A DNA stretch of 52,419 nt, taken from positions 1-52,419 of the IMG/VR virus record IMGVR_UViG_3300017963_000068; one strand, 5' to 3'. Below are positions 35,799-44,540 of this stretch, in pieces. The notes under the pieces were generated by a model, which saw only the letters and a list, made by a program, of their open reading frames with translations, was not told the origin of the DNA and ran no database searches. Position 1 is the first letter of the stretch, and each line of letters starts with the position of its first letter. Source of the stretch: a virus (Duplodnaviria > Caudoviricetes). Made by a program: the position numbers and the translations under genes.

Positions 35799-36896
35799 CT
35801 AGCTGTTCCAGTTGCGCGGGACGTTGAACCTACGCGATCCGGGCTTGGGCCGCGTGTGCGTTTTGATCGCGGCGTCCAGGGCCTCCACCAGGCGCTTGCC
35901 GCTATCGGGATCGATCTGTAGCTCATCGGCCAGGATCAGGATGTCCTGGCGGTATGACGCCACCACGTCCGCCCAGGAGGTGGTGGTGGAATCCTTGCTC
36001 CGTTTCCAGGTGATCCGCTGGCGCTTTCCGCCCCCGGTGATCGCCGGAAATTCGAGGCCCGCACGATCGCCGATCGCCTCCTTGACGATCTGAACCAGGC
36101 GGCTTTCCTCGCGCTCGAGTCCGGCGATCTCGGTGCGCGTTGCATGGAGCGCCTGGACGGCCTCGAGGACTTCCCCGGCGGCCTCCACGTAGTCCTCGGA
36201 CGTGTTCCGGGGCCAGCGGTTCGCCTGGTGGTCCGTGTAGCTTTGCGTCCCGTCCGGGGCCACCGGGACGCCACCGATCACGTGCTCGTCCCAGAACGCG
36301 CGGCACGTAGCGATCAGCATTTCCTCCAGCTCGGGATCGCGCGTCACCCGGTAGTCCTGGGGAAGGTTGTCCATGAACGCCGTAAGGTCCCACACCTCGA
36401 AGTCCCCAGCGGTGAACACAGCGGAGGCGATCCACTGGTTCCAGGCGCATTGAACCAGCTCCCAGGGCGGTACCTCATCGGTCCCGGGCTCGCCGTATCG
36501 GTGCGCTTGCCAGGTGGTGTGTGTCTTGATCTCGTGGCCACCGATCGGCGCCACGTTCTCCGGGCCATGGGAGAAAAGCGATCCGTGGGTGATTCGCGTC
36601 CCGCCGGGATACAGGATCCCGTCCGGCGTGGCGGCGGCCCACTCCTCGAGCGGGTGAACCAGCGTTCCGGGAACGGCAATCTTGATTCCGCGCCGCTTCG
36701 CAAAGTCGCGCCGGATCGGATCCTCGAGAATGTTTCCCCACTTCATGCGATCGCTGTCAACGTCCGCGGCCTTGCCCTCTTTCTCGAGCTGAACGTCCAG
36801 CGGTCCTCCCCACGGATACACGCCGCACACCTTCGCGGCGTCCGTGGCGGTGATCTTGGTTCGCCGGAGCGCCAATTGTTCGGGCGTCAATGCCAT
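35799..36896 (-). CDS. YqaJ / lambda-exonuclease family recombination nuclease
   Basis: RRTKITATDAAKVCG, WGNILED, AATPDG, HEIKT and VQCAWN motifs. Confidence 0.9.
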   Translation of the reverse strand: MALTPEQLALRRTKITATDAAKVCGVYPWGGPLDVQLEKEGKAADVDSDRMKWGNILEDPIRRDFAKRRGIKIAVPGTLVHPLEEWAAATPDGILYPGGTRITHGSLFSHGPENVAPIGGHEIKTHTTWQAHRYGEPGTDEVPPWELVQCAWNQWIASAVFTAGDFEVWDLTAFMDNLPQDYRVTRDPELEEMLIATCRAFWDEHVIGGVPVAPDGTQSYTDHQANRWPRNTSEDYVEAAGEVLEAVQALHATRTEIAGLEREESRLVQIVKEAIGDRAGLEFPAITGGGKRQRITWKRSKDSTTTSWADVVASYRQDILILADELQIDPDSGKRLVEALDAAIKTHTRPKPGSRRFNVPRNWNS

Positions 36897-37060
36897 GTCT
36901 GATCCTCCTGGTGGCCTCACGTGGGGCACGCGGACGCCGAGGAGGAGAAGTCCGGCCGTCGACGTCCAGGTGGCACCCACTTGGGCCGGGTTATGAGTCC
37001 CGGCGAACCTACCACAGGAGGGTGACGGTGGCTACTGTGGCGCCACGGTAAAGGTATGGA

Positions 37061-37795
37061 CTAGGCGGCCAGCTCGGCGCGGCCCTCGAGGAGGGCGGCG
37101 GACGCCAGCCAAAGGCGCGGATTCGTGGGCGCGTAGCGGTCCACCGGGCTGATCTCGAAATGGAGGTGGAGGGCGTCATGGCCTCGCGGACTATCCCCGC
37201 ACAGCCCGATCGATTGCCCCAGCTCCACCTCCTGGCCCTTGGCCACGTAAAGCTCGGCCAAGTGCATGTAACCGGAGCGCTGGCCGTTGCCGTGATCGAT
37301 CCACGCGTGGAGGCCCGTCCCGATCTTGCTGGCGTCCTGGACGATCCCGGCGTGGGCGGCCACCGCGTCCCGGGCCTGGTGGAACGCGGCGCGCGGCGGA
37401 TACCACCACCGGCGCTTTCCGTTGCGCGTAATCGCGCCACCGTCGCCCACGGGCACGTCCGGATCGTCCTCGAGCCAGCGATAGAACAAGTCGACGCCCT
37501 TGTGGGTGGGGCGCTCCGGGTTCTCCGTGTAGAACCTGGACGTGATCACCGGCGCCCGGCCGTCCGGCAATAGAACCAGCGGCCAGGCCCGCGCGTCCGG
37601 CCCGTGCCGGAGGCGCTCGAGCGTGTGAGGTCCCAGGTAGGAGTCCTCCACCAGGCCGGTGGCCGCCTGGAACGTCGCCACCGCGTCCTCGAGCGCTCCG
37701 GGTTGCGCCGTGAACCAGTCCCACAGCGACTCCAGATCGTCCGTGGTGATCTGGCCCTCGGCGACTCGGCGCCGGTTGTAATCGCCGGCGCTCAT
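37061..37795 (-). CDS. Endolysin: peptidoglycan-binding domain plus M23 metallopeptidase
   Basis: 244 aa from ATG 37795; AVATFQAATGLVEDSYLGPHT (PG-binding), HKGVD, YMHL and HLHFE (M23). Confidence 0.85.
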   Translation of the reverse strand: MSAGDYNRRRVAEGQITTDDLESLWDWFTAQPGALEDAVATFQAATGLVEDSYLGPHTLERLRHGPDARAWPLVLLPDGRAPVITSRFYTENPERPTHKGVDLFYRWLEDDPDVPVGDGGAITRNGKRRWWYPPRAAFHQARDAVAAHAGIVQDASKIGTGLHAWIDHGNGQRSGYMHLAELYVAKGQEVELGQSIGLCGDSPRGHDALHLHFEISPVDRYAPTNPRLWLASAALLEGRAELAA

Positions 37796-38295
37796 GCTGG
37801 ATCCTTTGGCCAGATCAGGCGCTTGAACCACGTAAATCCGCCGGCGGCGGTCCACGCCACGCCCACGGCGCCAAGGAACAGGCGCCAGTCCACGGCGGCG
37901 TCCGTCGCAAGCGCGGCGCTCAAGGCGCCCCCGAGGGCGAGGAGCATTACCAGGACGGCGCCTCCTCGATCGCCCTTGAACCAGCGGATCCGATCGCGCA
38001 CCTTCGCGAGCGCCAGCATTACGAACGCGAGAATCAGCGCGGCCACCATGCGCCATTCGCCGGCGCGCACGTGTCCGATCAGGCGCTCCACGGCGCCCAT
38101 TGGATCCTCCTCCACGGTCGGGGGCGCTGGCGTTTCCACGGAGGCCGTGGTGGTGGCCGTGTCCTCCGCTTCGCCCACCCAAGCGGGAACGGGGCCTGTT
38201 CCGGTTCCGGCGTCCTCGGCGCCGCTGGCGGCGCCCACGGCGGCGAGCGTGATTCCCGTTGCAAGGATCAGGCTAATCAGGATCGTTTGTCTCAT
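37792..38295 (-). CDS. Holin-like membrane protein
   Basis: 167 aa, N-terminal signal/TM plus about three TM helices; ATGA-coupled to the endolysin. Confidence 0.55.
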   Translation of the reverse strand: MRQTILISLILATGITLAAVGAASGAEDAGTGTGPVPAWVGEAEDTATTTASVETPAPPTVEEDPMGAVERLIGHVRAGEWRMVAALILAFVMLALAKVRDRIRWFKGDRGGAVLVMLLALGGALSAALATDAAVDWRLFLGAVGVAWTAAGGFTWFKRLIWPKDPA

Positions 38296-38605
38296 GGTCG
38301 GTTCCCTCCTCCGTTGGTTGCGCGCATAGGATCACGGCCTGGCGGATCCAGGCTTGGGATTGTCGGACGTATCGCTCGAGCTTGCCGGCGGCCTCGAAGT
38401 CCGCGCACAGCTCCCATTTCTCCGGGCATTCTGGATCGGTGGTGTGATCATCCGTGCCCAGTTCGTCCGGGATTTCCGGCACGGGGGGCGCATCCCGGAG
38501 GCACCCCACGTTGACGTGTTCAACCTTGAGCGTTTTTCGCTTTGGACAACAGGCGCTCAAGGCGAGCGCGGCGCATACCGCTACACTCGCAACCTTCCAG
38601 GTCAT
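38273..38605 (-). CDS. o-spanin-like lipoprotein
   Basis: Lipobox LSAC; overlaps the 3' end of the upstream i-spanin-like gene; additional Cys residues. Confidence 0.65.
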   Translation of the reverse strand: MTWKVASVAVCAALALSACCPKRKTLKVEHVNVGCLRDAPPVPEIPDELGTDDHTTDPECPEKWELCADFEAAGKLERYVRQSQAWIRQAVILCAQPTEEGTDHETNDPD

Positions 38606-38834
38606 GTTCCAGTTCTCCGATCTCGCGCCGGATCTCCTCGAGCTGGGAGGCGTGGCGCGTCCGCGCGTCCTCGAGGGCGTCCGCGGCCTCCTGGGAGGCT
38701 TTCTCCGCGGCCTCGCGCTTGTGGTCCGCGTCCTGGGCGTCCGTCCGGATTCCGCTCATGCGGAGGGCGAGGGCCACCGCCGTGCCGGCGGCGCCGGCCA
38801 GGAGGATCGCGAGGGTGACAACGGCGGCCGTCAT
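38520..38834 (-). CDS. i-spanin-like protein
   Basis: N-terminal TM helix, coiled coil, C-terminal CEC. Confidence 0.6.
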   Translation of the reverse strand: MTAAVVTLAILLAGAAGTAVALALRMSGIRTDAQDADHKREAAEKASQEAADALEDARTRHASQLEEIRREIGELEHDLEGCECSGMRRARLERLLSKAKNAQG

Positions 38835-39211
38835 GCCTGGTTCACCACCACGCGGAAATCGAAGTCCGAGGGCGGGATCACTTTCTTGCGCTTCCCGCTG
38901 GCGAGGAGCGTTGTCACGTCATAGCGGAGAATCCTCGAGCCCCCGGCTTGCAATGGCGCAAGGTCCGAGGGCGCCAGATCGATCAGCGCTTCGCCCTCGG
39001 TGTCACCCACCTGGGGCTCGAGCGTGATTCCGCTTCCGATCTCCAGGTGGATCAGCGCCGGATCGGAGGCGCCGTCCGCGTGCTTCACCTCCAGCTCGAG
39101 CGTGGCCCCGCCGAGGTTCACGCGGGATCCGTCCGATTCGTTGGTAACGCGGAGGCGGAACGTCCGGTGTTCGCCGTCCCAGATGATCAAGGGCTGTTCA
39201 ACGCATGGCAT
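38831..39211 (-). CDS. Ig-like virion protein (BppU N-terminal-like)
   Basis: GEHRTFRLRVT, VNLGGATLELEVK and LRYDV beta-strand pattern. Confidence 0.5.
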   Translation of the reverse strand: MPCVEQPLIIWDGEHRTFRLRVTNESDGSRVNLGGATLELEVKHADGASDPALIHLEIGSGITLEPQVGDTEGEALIDLAPSDLAPLQAGGSRILRYDVTTLLASGKRKKVIPPSDFDFRVVVNQA

Positions 39212-39213
39212 AG

Positions 39214-39666
39214 CTAACACTCCTCCAGGATCCCGATCAGGATCTCCTCATCTCCCACGGTGCCGGCGAGGGCGTCCTCCTCGGCCACCAGGCCCTCGAG
39301 GCGGTCCTCCTCGGCCACGATCGCCACCAGCTCCTCCTCGGCCTCCACCACGCCCACCAGGCGATCCTCGGCATCGTGGATCGTTGCCACCAGATCCTCG
39401 ATCACCACCTGATTCGGATCGGTCGTGGTGTCCAGGTAGAACGCGGCGATCTCATCGCCCACGCGCGGAACTAGGCCCGCGTCCGTGACGGTGATCTGTC
39501 CCGCGTTCGGATCGGTTTCCGTCCACGGATTGCCCGTTCGGTTCAGGAGGAGCTGGCCGTTAAGGTACACGGCCACGGAGCCCGGCGAGTAGGCCCTGGA
39601 CGTGTAGAAATCAGGGTTCGCCCCGTCGATCGTTCCGGTCAATAGCTCGAATTGTGGCTGGGGCAT
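39214..39666 (-). CDS. Virion accessory protein with VYLNGQ domain and acidic 10-aa repeats
   Basis: GTIDGAN..F, VYLNGQLL; C-terminal L-x-x-x-V-x-E-E-D-x repeats. Confidence 0.55.
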   Translation of the reverse strand: MPQPQFELLTGTIDGANPDFYTSRAYSPGSVAVYLNGQLLLNRTGNPWTETDPNAGQITVTDAGLVPRVGDEIAAFYLDTTTDPNQVVIEDLVATIHDAEDRLVGVVEAEEELVAIVAEEDRLEGLVAEEDALAGTVGDEEILIGILEEC

Positions 39667-39670
39667 TCGA

Positions 39671-39889
39671 TCACACGGCCTCGTAATAGAGGGCCACAGT
39701 ATCGCCCAGGACGGGCGCGTGTTCGAGCTGGAACGTCCGGGCGCCCGTTGCCGTTGCGCGGCCTGGGAGCGCTTGTCCGTTCACGAACGGGACGATCGCG
39801 CGGCCAGGGTGCATGTCACTGGAAACGGAGAACTCGCGATTGAGTCCGTCGATCGTCCCGGAGGCGTCCTCCTTGGTTGGCCGCCCCAT
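39671..39889 (-). CDS. Virion accessory protein (paralog of the 39214..39666 N-domain)
   Basis: GTIDGLNREF, FVNGQAL and PVLGDTVALYY. Confidence 0.55.
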   Translation of the reverse strand: MGRPTKEDASGTIDGLNREFSVSSDMHPGRAIVPFVNGQALPGRATATGARTFQLEHAPVLGDTVALYYEAV

Positions 39890-39892
39890 GGA

Positions 39893-40228
39893 TCACGCCC
39901 GCTTGAACGCCTCGAGCCACGCCACCATTTGCTGGGAGGCGGTGTGGAGGTTCTGGCGGACGATTCGGAACCTGATCGTTCCGTTCCCGGTGAAGTCCCG
40001 ATCGATCAGGAAATCGTCCCCCTGGCCAGGCCCGGCGGTGGCGCGAACGGTTTTCCATTCGGTCCCCGCGTACACCTGAAACGCGATAATCCCGGAGTAG
40101 GCCGCGGCGCCCCCGAAGTGCATGATCCGCCACACCTGGCCGTTCGGAACCACGTTCAGAAGCTCCACGCTCGGCGAGCCCGGCGCCACGGTATCGTCCA
40201 GGTAAAGATCGATCCGTTCGCGTGCCAC
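39893..40228 (-). CDS. Small beta protein (paralog of 40229..40546)
   Basis: VVPNGQVWRIMHFGGAAAY and FTGNG motifs. Confidence 0.55.
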   Translation of the reverse strand: MARERIDLYLDDTVAPGSPSVELLNVVPNGQVWRIMHFGGAAAYSGIIAFQVYAGTEWKTVRATAGPGQGDDFLIDRDFTGNGTIRFRIVRQNLHTASQQMVAWLEAFKRA

Positions 40229-40546
40229 CTAGAAGCCCTCCCAGGCGCCGCCCAGGGTGTGGGCGGAGTCCGTGTCATTCGTGAGAACAAGCGCCAGGAT
40301 TTTTGATCCGTTCCCCACCAGCTCGGCGAGTAGCTCCACCTGGGCGTCCCCGTGCGTTGCCGCGAGAATCTGGGGCGAGGCCCCGCCGTAGTCCCACACC
40401 AGGGAAACGGTCGTATCGTCCAGGTAGGCGCCGGCGCCGGTGAAGCGCCGGATCGTCCAGGATTCGCCGTCCGGGATCACCGCGTCGGCGTGCTCCTCGG
40501 ACAGGGCGCCCACCTCCATGTAAAGCGATCCATTGCGAGGTCCCAC
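40229..40546 (-). CDS. Small beta protein (paralog of 39893..40228)
   Basis: VIPDGESWTIRRFTGAGAY and LVGNG motifs. Confidence 0.55.
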   Translation of the reverse strand: MGPRNGSLYMEVGALSEEHADAVIPDGESWTIRRFTGAGAYLDDTTVSLVWDYGGASPQILAATHGDAQVELLAELVGNGSKILALVLTNDTDSAHTLGGAWEGF

Positions 40547-40548
40547 GC

Positions 40549-41115
40549 CTACACCTCCAGGCCATTGAGCAGGGCGCTTTGATGAGTCAGCCCGGTGAGG
40601 TCATCCCGAATCGTCACCCGCACATAATCCGCAACGGGGTAGGTTCCGGACTTGGCGAACACAAGTCCCTCCAGTCCAAGGCTCGCGCGGCAACAGTCGG
40701 GCGTGGCCGAATAGAGCGAAAAGCCTCCTGGTAGGCAAAGCTGGAACAGCTCGCGCGTTAGCCTCACGTTGGCGAGCGTATAAATTTCGTCCTGGGCCTT
40801 GGCCTCGATCAGGACGCCATTCGCGAGGCCATCGATCCCGGCGTATTTCTCGCCAAAGTAGATCGTTGCGTCCTCGAGAATTAGGGACAGCGCCATCCCC
40901 TGGATATCGTGATCGGGGCCTGGGCTCCACGCGAAAATGACGCCGGCGCCGCCGTTGATTGCCATCTCCGCGGAGCTTCCGTTCAGGAGATAGGAGGCCA
41001 CCACGCCGGCGCCCGCGGAGGCCACACGCGCGTCCACCTGGAGGCGGTAGTCCGCCGTCACGTTCAGGGGCGTTCCGTCCAGGGCGTGGAGTATTGCGAT
41101 CGGTGCCTTGCTCAT
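40549..41115 (-). CDS. Putative virion structural protein
   Basis: 188 aa from ATG 41115 (TAATG coupling), beta-rich. Confidence 0.5.
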   Translation of the reverse strand: MSKAPIAILHALDGTPLNVTADYRLQVDARVASAGAGVVASYLLNGSSAEMAINGGAGVIFAWSPGPDHDIQGMALSLILEDATIYFGEKYAGIDGLANGVLIEAKAQDEIYTLANVRLTRELFQLCLPGGFSLYSATPDCCRASLGLEGLVFAKSGTYPVADYVRVTIRDDLTGLTHQSALLNGLEV

Positions 41116-41585
41116 TAGCTCACCGTGATCGTTCGTGTGCGGGTTTGCTCGAACAGGCCGGAGTAAGTGATCGCGTCCGACACCTGGCCGATCACGGTCA
41201 CGCCGTCCGTGGCGTATACGCTCCACGCCTCGGAAGTGAGGTTCGCGCCCGTCCAGCCCATGGAATGCTCCACGATCTTTTTGAGCTTCGAGGAGGACTC
41301 CCACCACACCTCAAGCGTGGGGAACGGGCCGGACCAGGAGGTTTCACAGTAGGCGCCGGAAGCGAATCCCTCCGCTGGCCCGTCATCGATAAAGTGGATC
41401 AGTTGCCGGAGAATCCTGTGTTGAGCTTCCGTGAGGCCGGCGCCCGATCGAAGGTTGAACACGCCGGATCCGTCGACGGCCTTGATGTCCGTCCCGTTCC
41501 GCCCGATCTGGCCCACCTCGGTGGGGTCCTCCCCGAGGTCGGGAAGATCGAGCGTTCCCTGGAGTGGATCAGGCGTTCTCGCCAT
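41115..41585 (-). CDS. Putative virion structural protein
   Basis: 156 aa in the tail accessory cluster. Confidence 0.5.
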   Translation of the reverse strand: MARTPDPLQGTLDLPDLGEDPTEVGQIGRNGTDIKAVDGSGVFNLRSGAGLTEAQHRILRQLIHFIDDGPAEGFASGAYCETSWSGPFPTLEVWWESSSKLKKIVEHSMGWTGANLTSEAWSVYATDGVTVIGQVSDAITYSGLFEQTRTRTITVS

Positions 41586-42222
41586 TCTTGGGTTTGGCCT
41601 CCCTGGGCTTGCTGGGCGCCTTGCGCTTGCGCGTGGCGGCCTTGCGGCCCTTTCGCGCCTTGGGCTTGCCGTTGGACTTCCCGGCGTCCTGGGCGGCGCT
41701 GGCGGCCTCCTCGGCCTTGCGCTGGGCGGCGATCGACGGGCCGGGCCTCGCGCCGGACGGCGCCCCGTCCTCCTCGAGCTGGATCGCGCCCTCGGCGATC
41801 GCCCGGTTGAACGCCTCGAGCTTGGCGGCCTCGAGCGTGTGGCGCTTCTGGATCAGGGCCACCACGGACTTGAGCGCGGCCACCTCGCCCTGGGCCATGA
41901 TCTCGCGGTTCCGCTCGCTTTGCGAGGCGATGTCCAGGCCGTCCACCACGCGGGTGATCTGTAGCTTGGCATACTTCGCCACCAGGACGGGATCGAGCGG
42001 TCCCTCCCCGTCCTCGGCGCAACGCTCGGCGAGCTTCCCGGACTTCAGTTCCGCGTCGACCACCTCGGCGATCGCCTGGGCGTTTTTCGCGGCGAGCCTG
42101 AGCGCCCCGCGCGCTCCGGTGTGGCCGTTCGCGCGCTTGGTTGCCTCCTCGAGGGTATCGTCCAGATCGCACCCCAGCTCGTGGAGGATCGCCTGTTTCA
42201 GCTCGGACTTTTGCGGGTTCAT
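41569..42222 (-). CDS. Helical hypothetical protein with Lys/Arg-rich C-terminal tail
   Basis: 217 aa from ATG 42222 with variant RBS GACACTGGAG. Confidence 0.55.
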   Translation of the reverse strand: MNPQKSELKQAILHELGCDLDDTLEEATKRANGHTGARGALRLAAKNAQAIAEVVDAELKSGKLAERCAEDGEGPLDPVLVAKYAKLQITRVVDGLDIASQSERNREIMAQGEVAALKSVVALIQKRHTLEAAKLEAFNRAIAEGAIQLEEDGAPSGARPGPSIAAQRKAEEAASAAQDAGKSNGKPKARKGRKAATRKRKAPSKPREAKPKNGENA

Positions 42223-42246
42223 GCTGTTCTCCAGTGTCGGTTCGGC

Positions 42247-42276
42247 GCCCGGCGCCGCTTTCACACGGCGCCGGGC
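42247..42276. terminator. GC-rich hairpin, possible terminator or RNA-stabilising stem
   Basis: GCCCGGCGCCG-N8-CGGCGCCGGGC; no U tract. Confidence 0.4.
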
Positions 42277-42300
42277 ATGGTTCGGCCCACGGCCAGGCTA

Positions 42301-43878
42301 TTAGGCCCGGCTGATAACGCAGATCACGTCATTGACTCGGGCGGTGAACTCGAATTTGAGCTGGCCGTTTGGCAAGCTCGTCCCCGGATACACGTCATGG
42401 TTCGCGGCGGCGTCCGCGCCGGATCGGAGAAGTTGCCCGTTCAGGTAGACATCGTGATCCGTGATGAAATCGCCTCCGCTGAGATCGTGGATCTGGGCGT
42501 CCAGGTTCGTACCGCCTCCCACGCCTCCCACGTCCGTGTCCGCCACCGTAGTAACGGTCACGGCCGCGTAGGTTTTCGCGAAGTCCGCGCCGGAGTAGGC
42601 GGCCAGGATCGCGTCCATGAGGCCCACCTCGCCGAAAGCGGCCTCGAAGTCCGTCCAGGTTTGCGCGGAGTCCGAAAGCTGGATCCCGTCCTCGCTCCAC
42701 CCGGCTGGTTCGTACTGATCGGTGAATCGGAGATCGCCCGCGGAGCTGGCCAGTTTGAGGTTTCCGGCGGCCGTGACGGTGAGCGCGCCGGTGGTGTCGA
42801 TCTGATTCGCCGTCACGCCAATGTTGATCGTGGTGCCGGCGGCGCCGGTGTCCACCTTGATCCCGTTCAGGAAATCGGACACCACGGCGTCGACGTCGAA
42901 TTCGTCCACGTCATCCTCGATCGCCACCTTCGAGGTTCCGCCCGCGGAGCCCTCGATCACGCGGAATAGGATCGCCTCCAGATCGTCCCGGATCTGCCAC
43001 TCGAGCCCGGCCCCCTCGAGGTCCAGATAGCTCGTGGTGGTGACGTCGACCGGCGTGGTGCCCTGGTTATCGTAGGACACCTGGCGGGTGGGGGTGATCG
43101 CGCCGGCGCCCACGTCGATCACGGCGCCACTGAGGAAATCGGCCTCCGTGAGATCCTCGAGGCGGACGCGCTCGCGGGTGGAGTAGTTGATCGTGGTGGA
43201 CTCGATATCCGCCACCGGGCACGCCTCGAGGTCATCGCCGGTTGAATTGAGGCGAACGAACGAAATCTGGGCGCGGTTCGGCGTGGTTCCGGTGAGGGTT
43301 TGCCCGTCCGTGTTCGTCTCACACTGGAAAAGGCCGTACACCTTTCGGCCCGAGGACAGGATCGGATCGCGCGTCGATCCGTCCACGATCTCCATGAGGT
43401 TTTTCGGGTTGATCGCGTGCGGTCCCGTCACCCCGTCCAGGGCGTGGGTTCCGAACGTCCCGGAGTGGAACGCCACCACGGTGCCCAGCGTGGTGACGGC
43501 GCCCACGGCGGCCGTGGTGTTCGCCGGAAGCTCGCCGGATCCGAGGACCACGTAATTCTGGGAGGCCGGCACGGCCACGTCCGTGAGGTTGAACACGTCC
43601 CGGAGAACGCGCTTTTTCTCCACGGCATGGAGATCGGCGTTGAGATCGTTCACGCCCCGCTGTTCCCCAGCTTCGAGCGCGGAGGGGACGTTCAGATCGT
43701 CCCACCAGTTGCCGGCCTGATCGTTCAGGAGGTTGTGGAGCTGGGATCGGATCGCGTTGAGATCGTCCTCCAGGCTCACAGGGTTGGTTTCGTAGTTCGC
43801 CTCCGAGGGCGCCACGGCGTCCCCATAGGTTGACGATTTCCGGATCTGCGTGTCTTGACGTAGGAAAGTGCGGCCCAT
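42301..43878 (-). CDS. Large acidic virion / fibre-like protein with C-terminal VYLNGQ domain
   Basis: 525 aa, Thr/Gly/Asp-rich; C-terminal HDVYLNGQLL; RBS TAGGAGG. Confidence 0.6.
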   Translation of the reverse strand: MGRTFLRQDTQIRKSSTYGDAVAPSEANYETNPVSLEDDLNAIRSQLHNLLNDQAGNWWDDLNVPSALEAGEQRGVNDLNADLHAVEKKRVLRDVFNLTDVAVPASQNYVVLGSGELPANTTAAVGAVTTLGTVVAFHSGTFGTHALDGVTGPHAINPKNLMEIVDGSTRDPILSSGRKVYGLFQCETNTDGQTLTGTTPNRAQISFVRLNSTGDDLEACPVADIESTTINYSTRERVRLEDLTEADFLSGAVIDVGAGAITPTRQVSYDNQGTTPVDVTTTSYLDLEGAGLEWQIRDDLEAILFRVIEGSAGGTSKVAIEDDVDEFDVDAVVSDFLNGIKVDTGAAGTTINIGVTANQIDTTGALTVTAAGNLKLASSAGDLRFTDQYEPAGWSEDGIQLSDSAQTWTDFEAAFGEVGLMDAILAAYSGADFAKTYAAVTVTTVADTDVGGVGGGTNLDAQIHDLSGGDFITDHDVYLNGQLLRSGADAAANHDVYPGTSLPNGQLKFEFTARVNDVICVISRA

Positions 43879-43964
43879 GCTTCTGTCCTCCTATTGGTTA
43901 GCTCGCGGCCATGGTTCCGATCTCTCCTGTGTCGGTTCCCGGGGATGCCCCCGGGTGAAGTCTA

Positions 43965-44531
43965 TCACCGCCCCCGCTGGCGTCGTAAGACTTTCACGTC
44001 CTCGGCGATCGATTCAAGCGCCAGGGATTGTTTGCCGTCGATCCCCTCCTGGCGGATCTGGGAGTCCCGGATTGTGCGTTGCTGGACTTCGATCCCCTCG
44101 AGGCGCTTCTGGATTGGCGGGTGGGCCTCGGAGTCCCGATCGTGGTGCGCCTCGGCCTCTATAATCGCCCGGTGAACGTCCGGGCCGGTGGTTCGATTCG
44201 CCAGCTCGTCCCGAACCGTGAGCCACCAGGCCGCAAGCGCCACCGCGCCGGCGAGGATCATCGACGCGAGGAGCTTTGTCCAGCCCCCCAGCTCGAGGCC
44301 GAGGAAACGCCGGTGGCCGTTCCCGCCGCCGCCGTTGCCCACGCGCGCGGCGAGCTTCTCCGCGAGGCGGTCCAGGAACTCCTCGGGCGTGGGCGTTCCA
44401 AGTGGAGGCGTCACCGCCGAGGCGGCGCCCACCTGGCCGGCGAGGCGCGCGTGGAGGCGCGCGGAGATTCGCCCGGTGTCCTCATCGGACAGGGGGCGAT
44501 CCGGCGTTCCGTTGTCGCTTGGTACTGCCAC
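43965..44531 (-). CDS. Single-pass membrane protein with coiled coil
   Basis: 188 aa; TM segment LLASMILAGAVALAAWWL. Confidence 0.55.
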   Translation of the reverse strand: MAVPSDNGTPDRPLSDEDTGRISARLHARLAGQVGAASAVTPPLGTPTPEEFLDRLAEKLAARVGNGGGGNGHRRFLGLELGGWTKLLASMILAGAVALAAWWLTVRDELANRTTGPDVHRAIIEAEAHHDRDSEAHPPIQKRLEGIEVQQRTIRDSQIRQEGIDGKQSLALESIAEDVKVLRRQRGR

Positions 44532-44540
44532 GGCCGCCTC

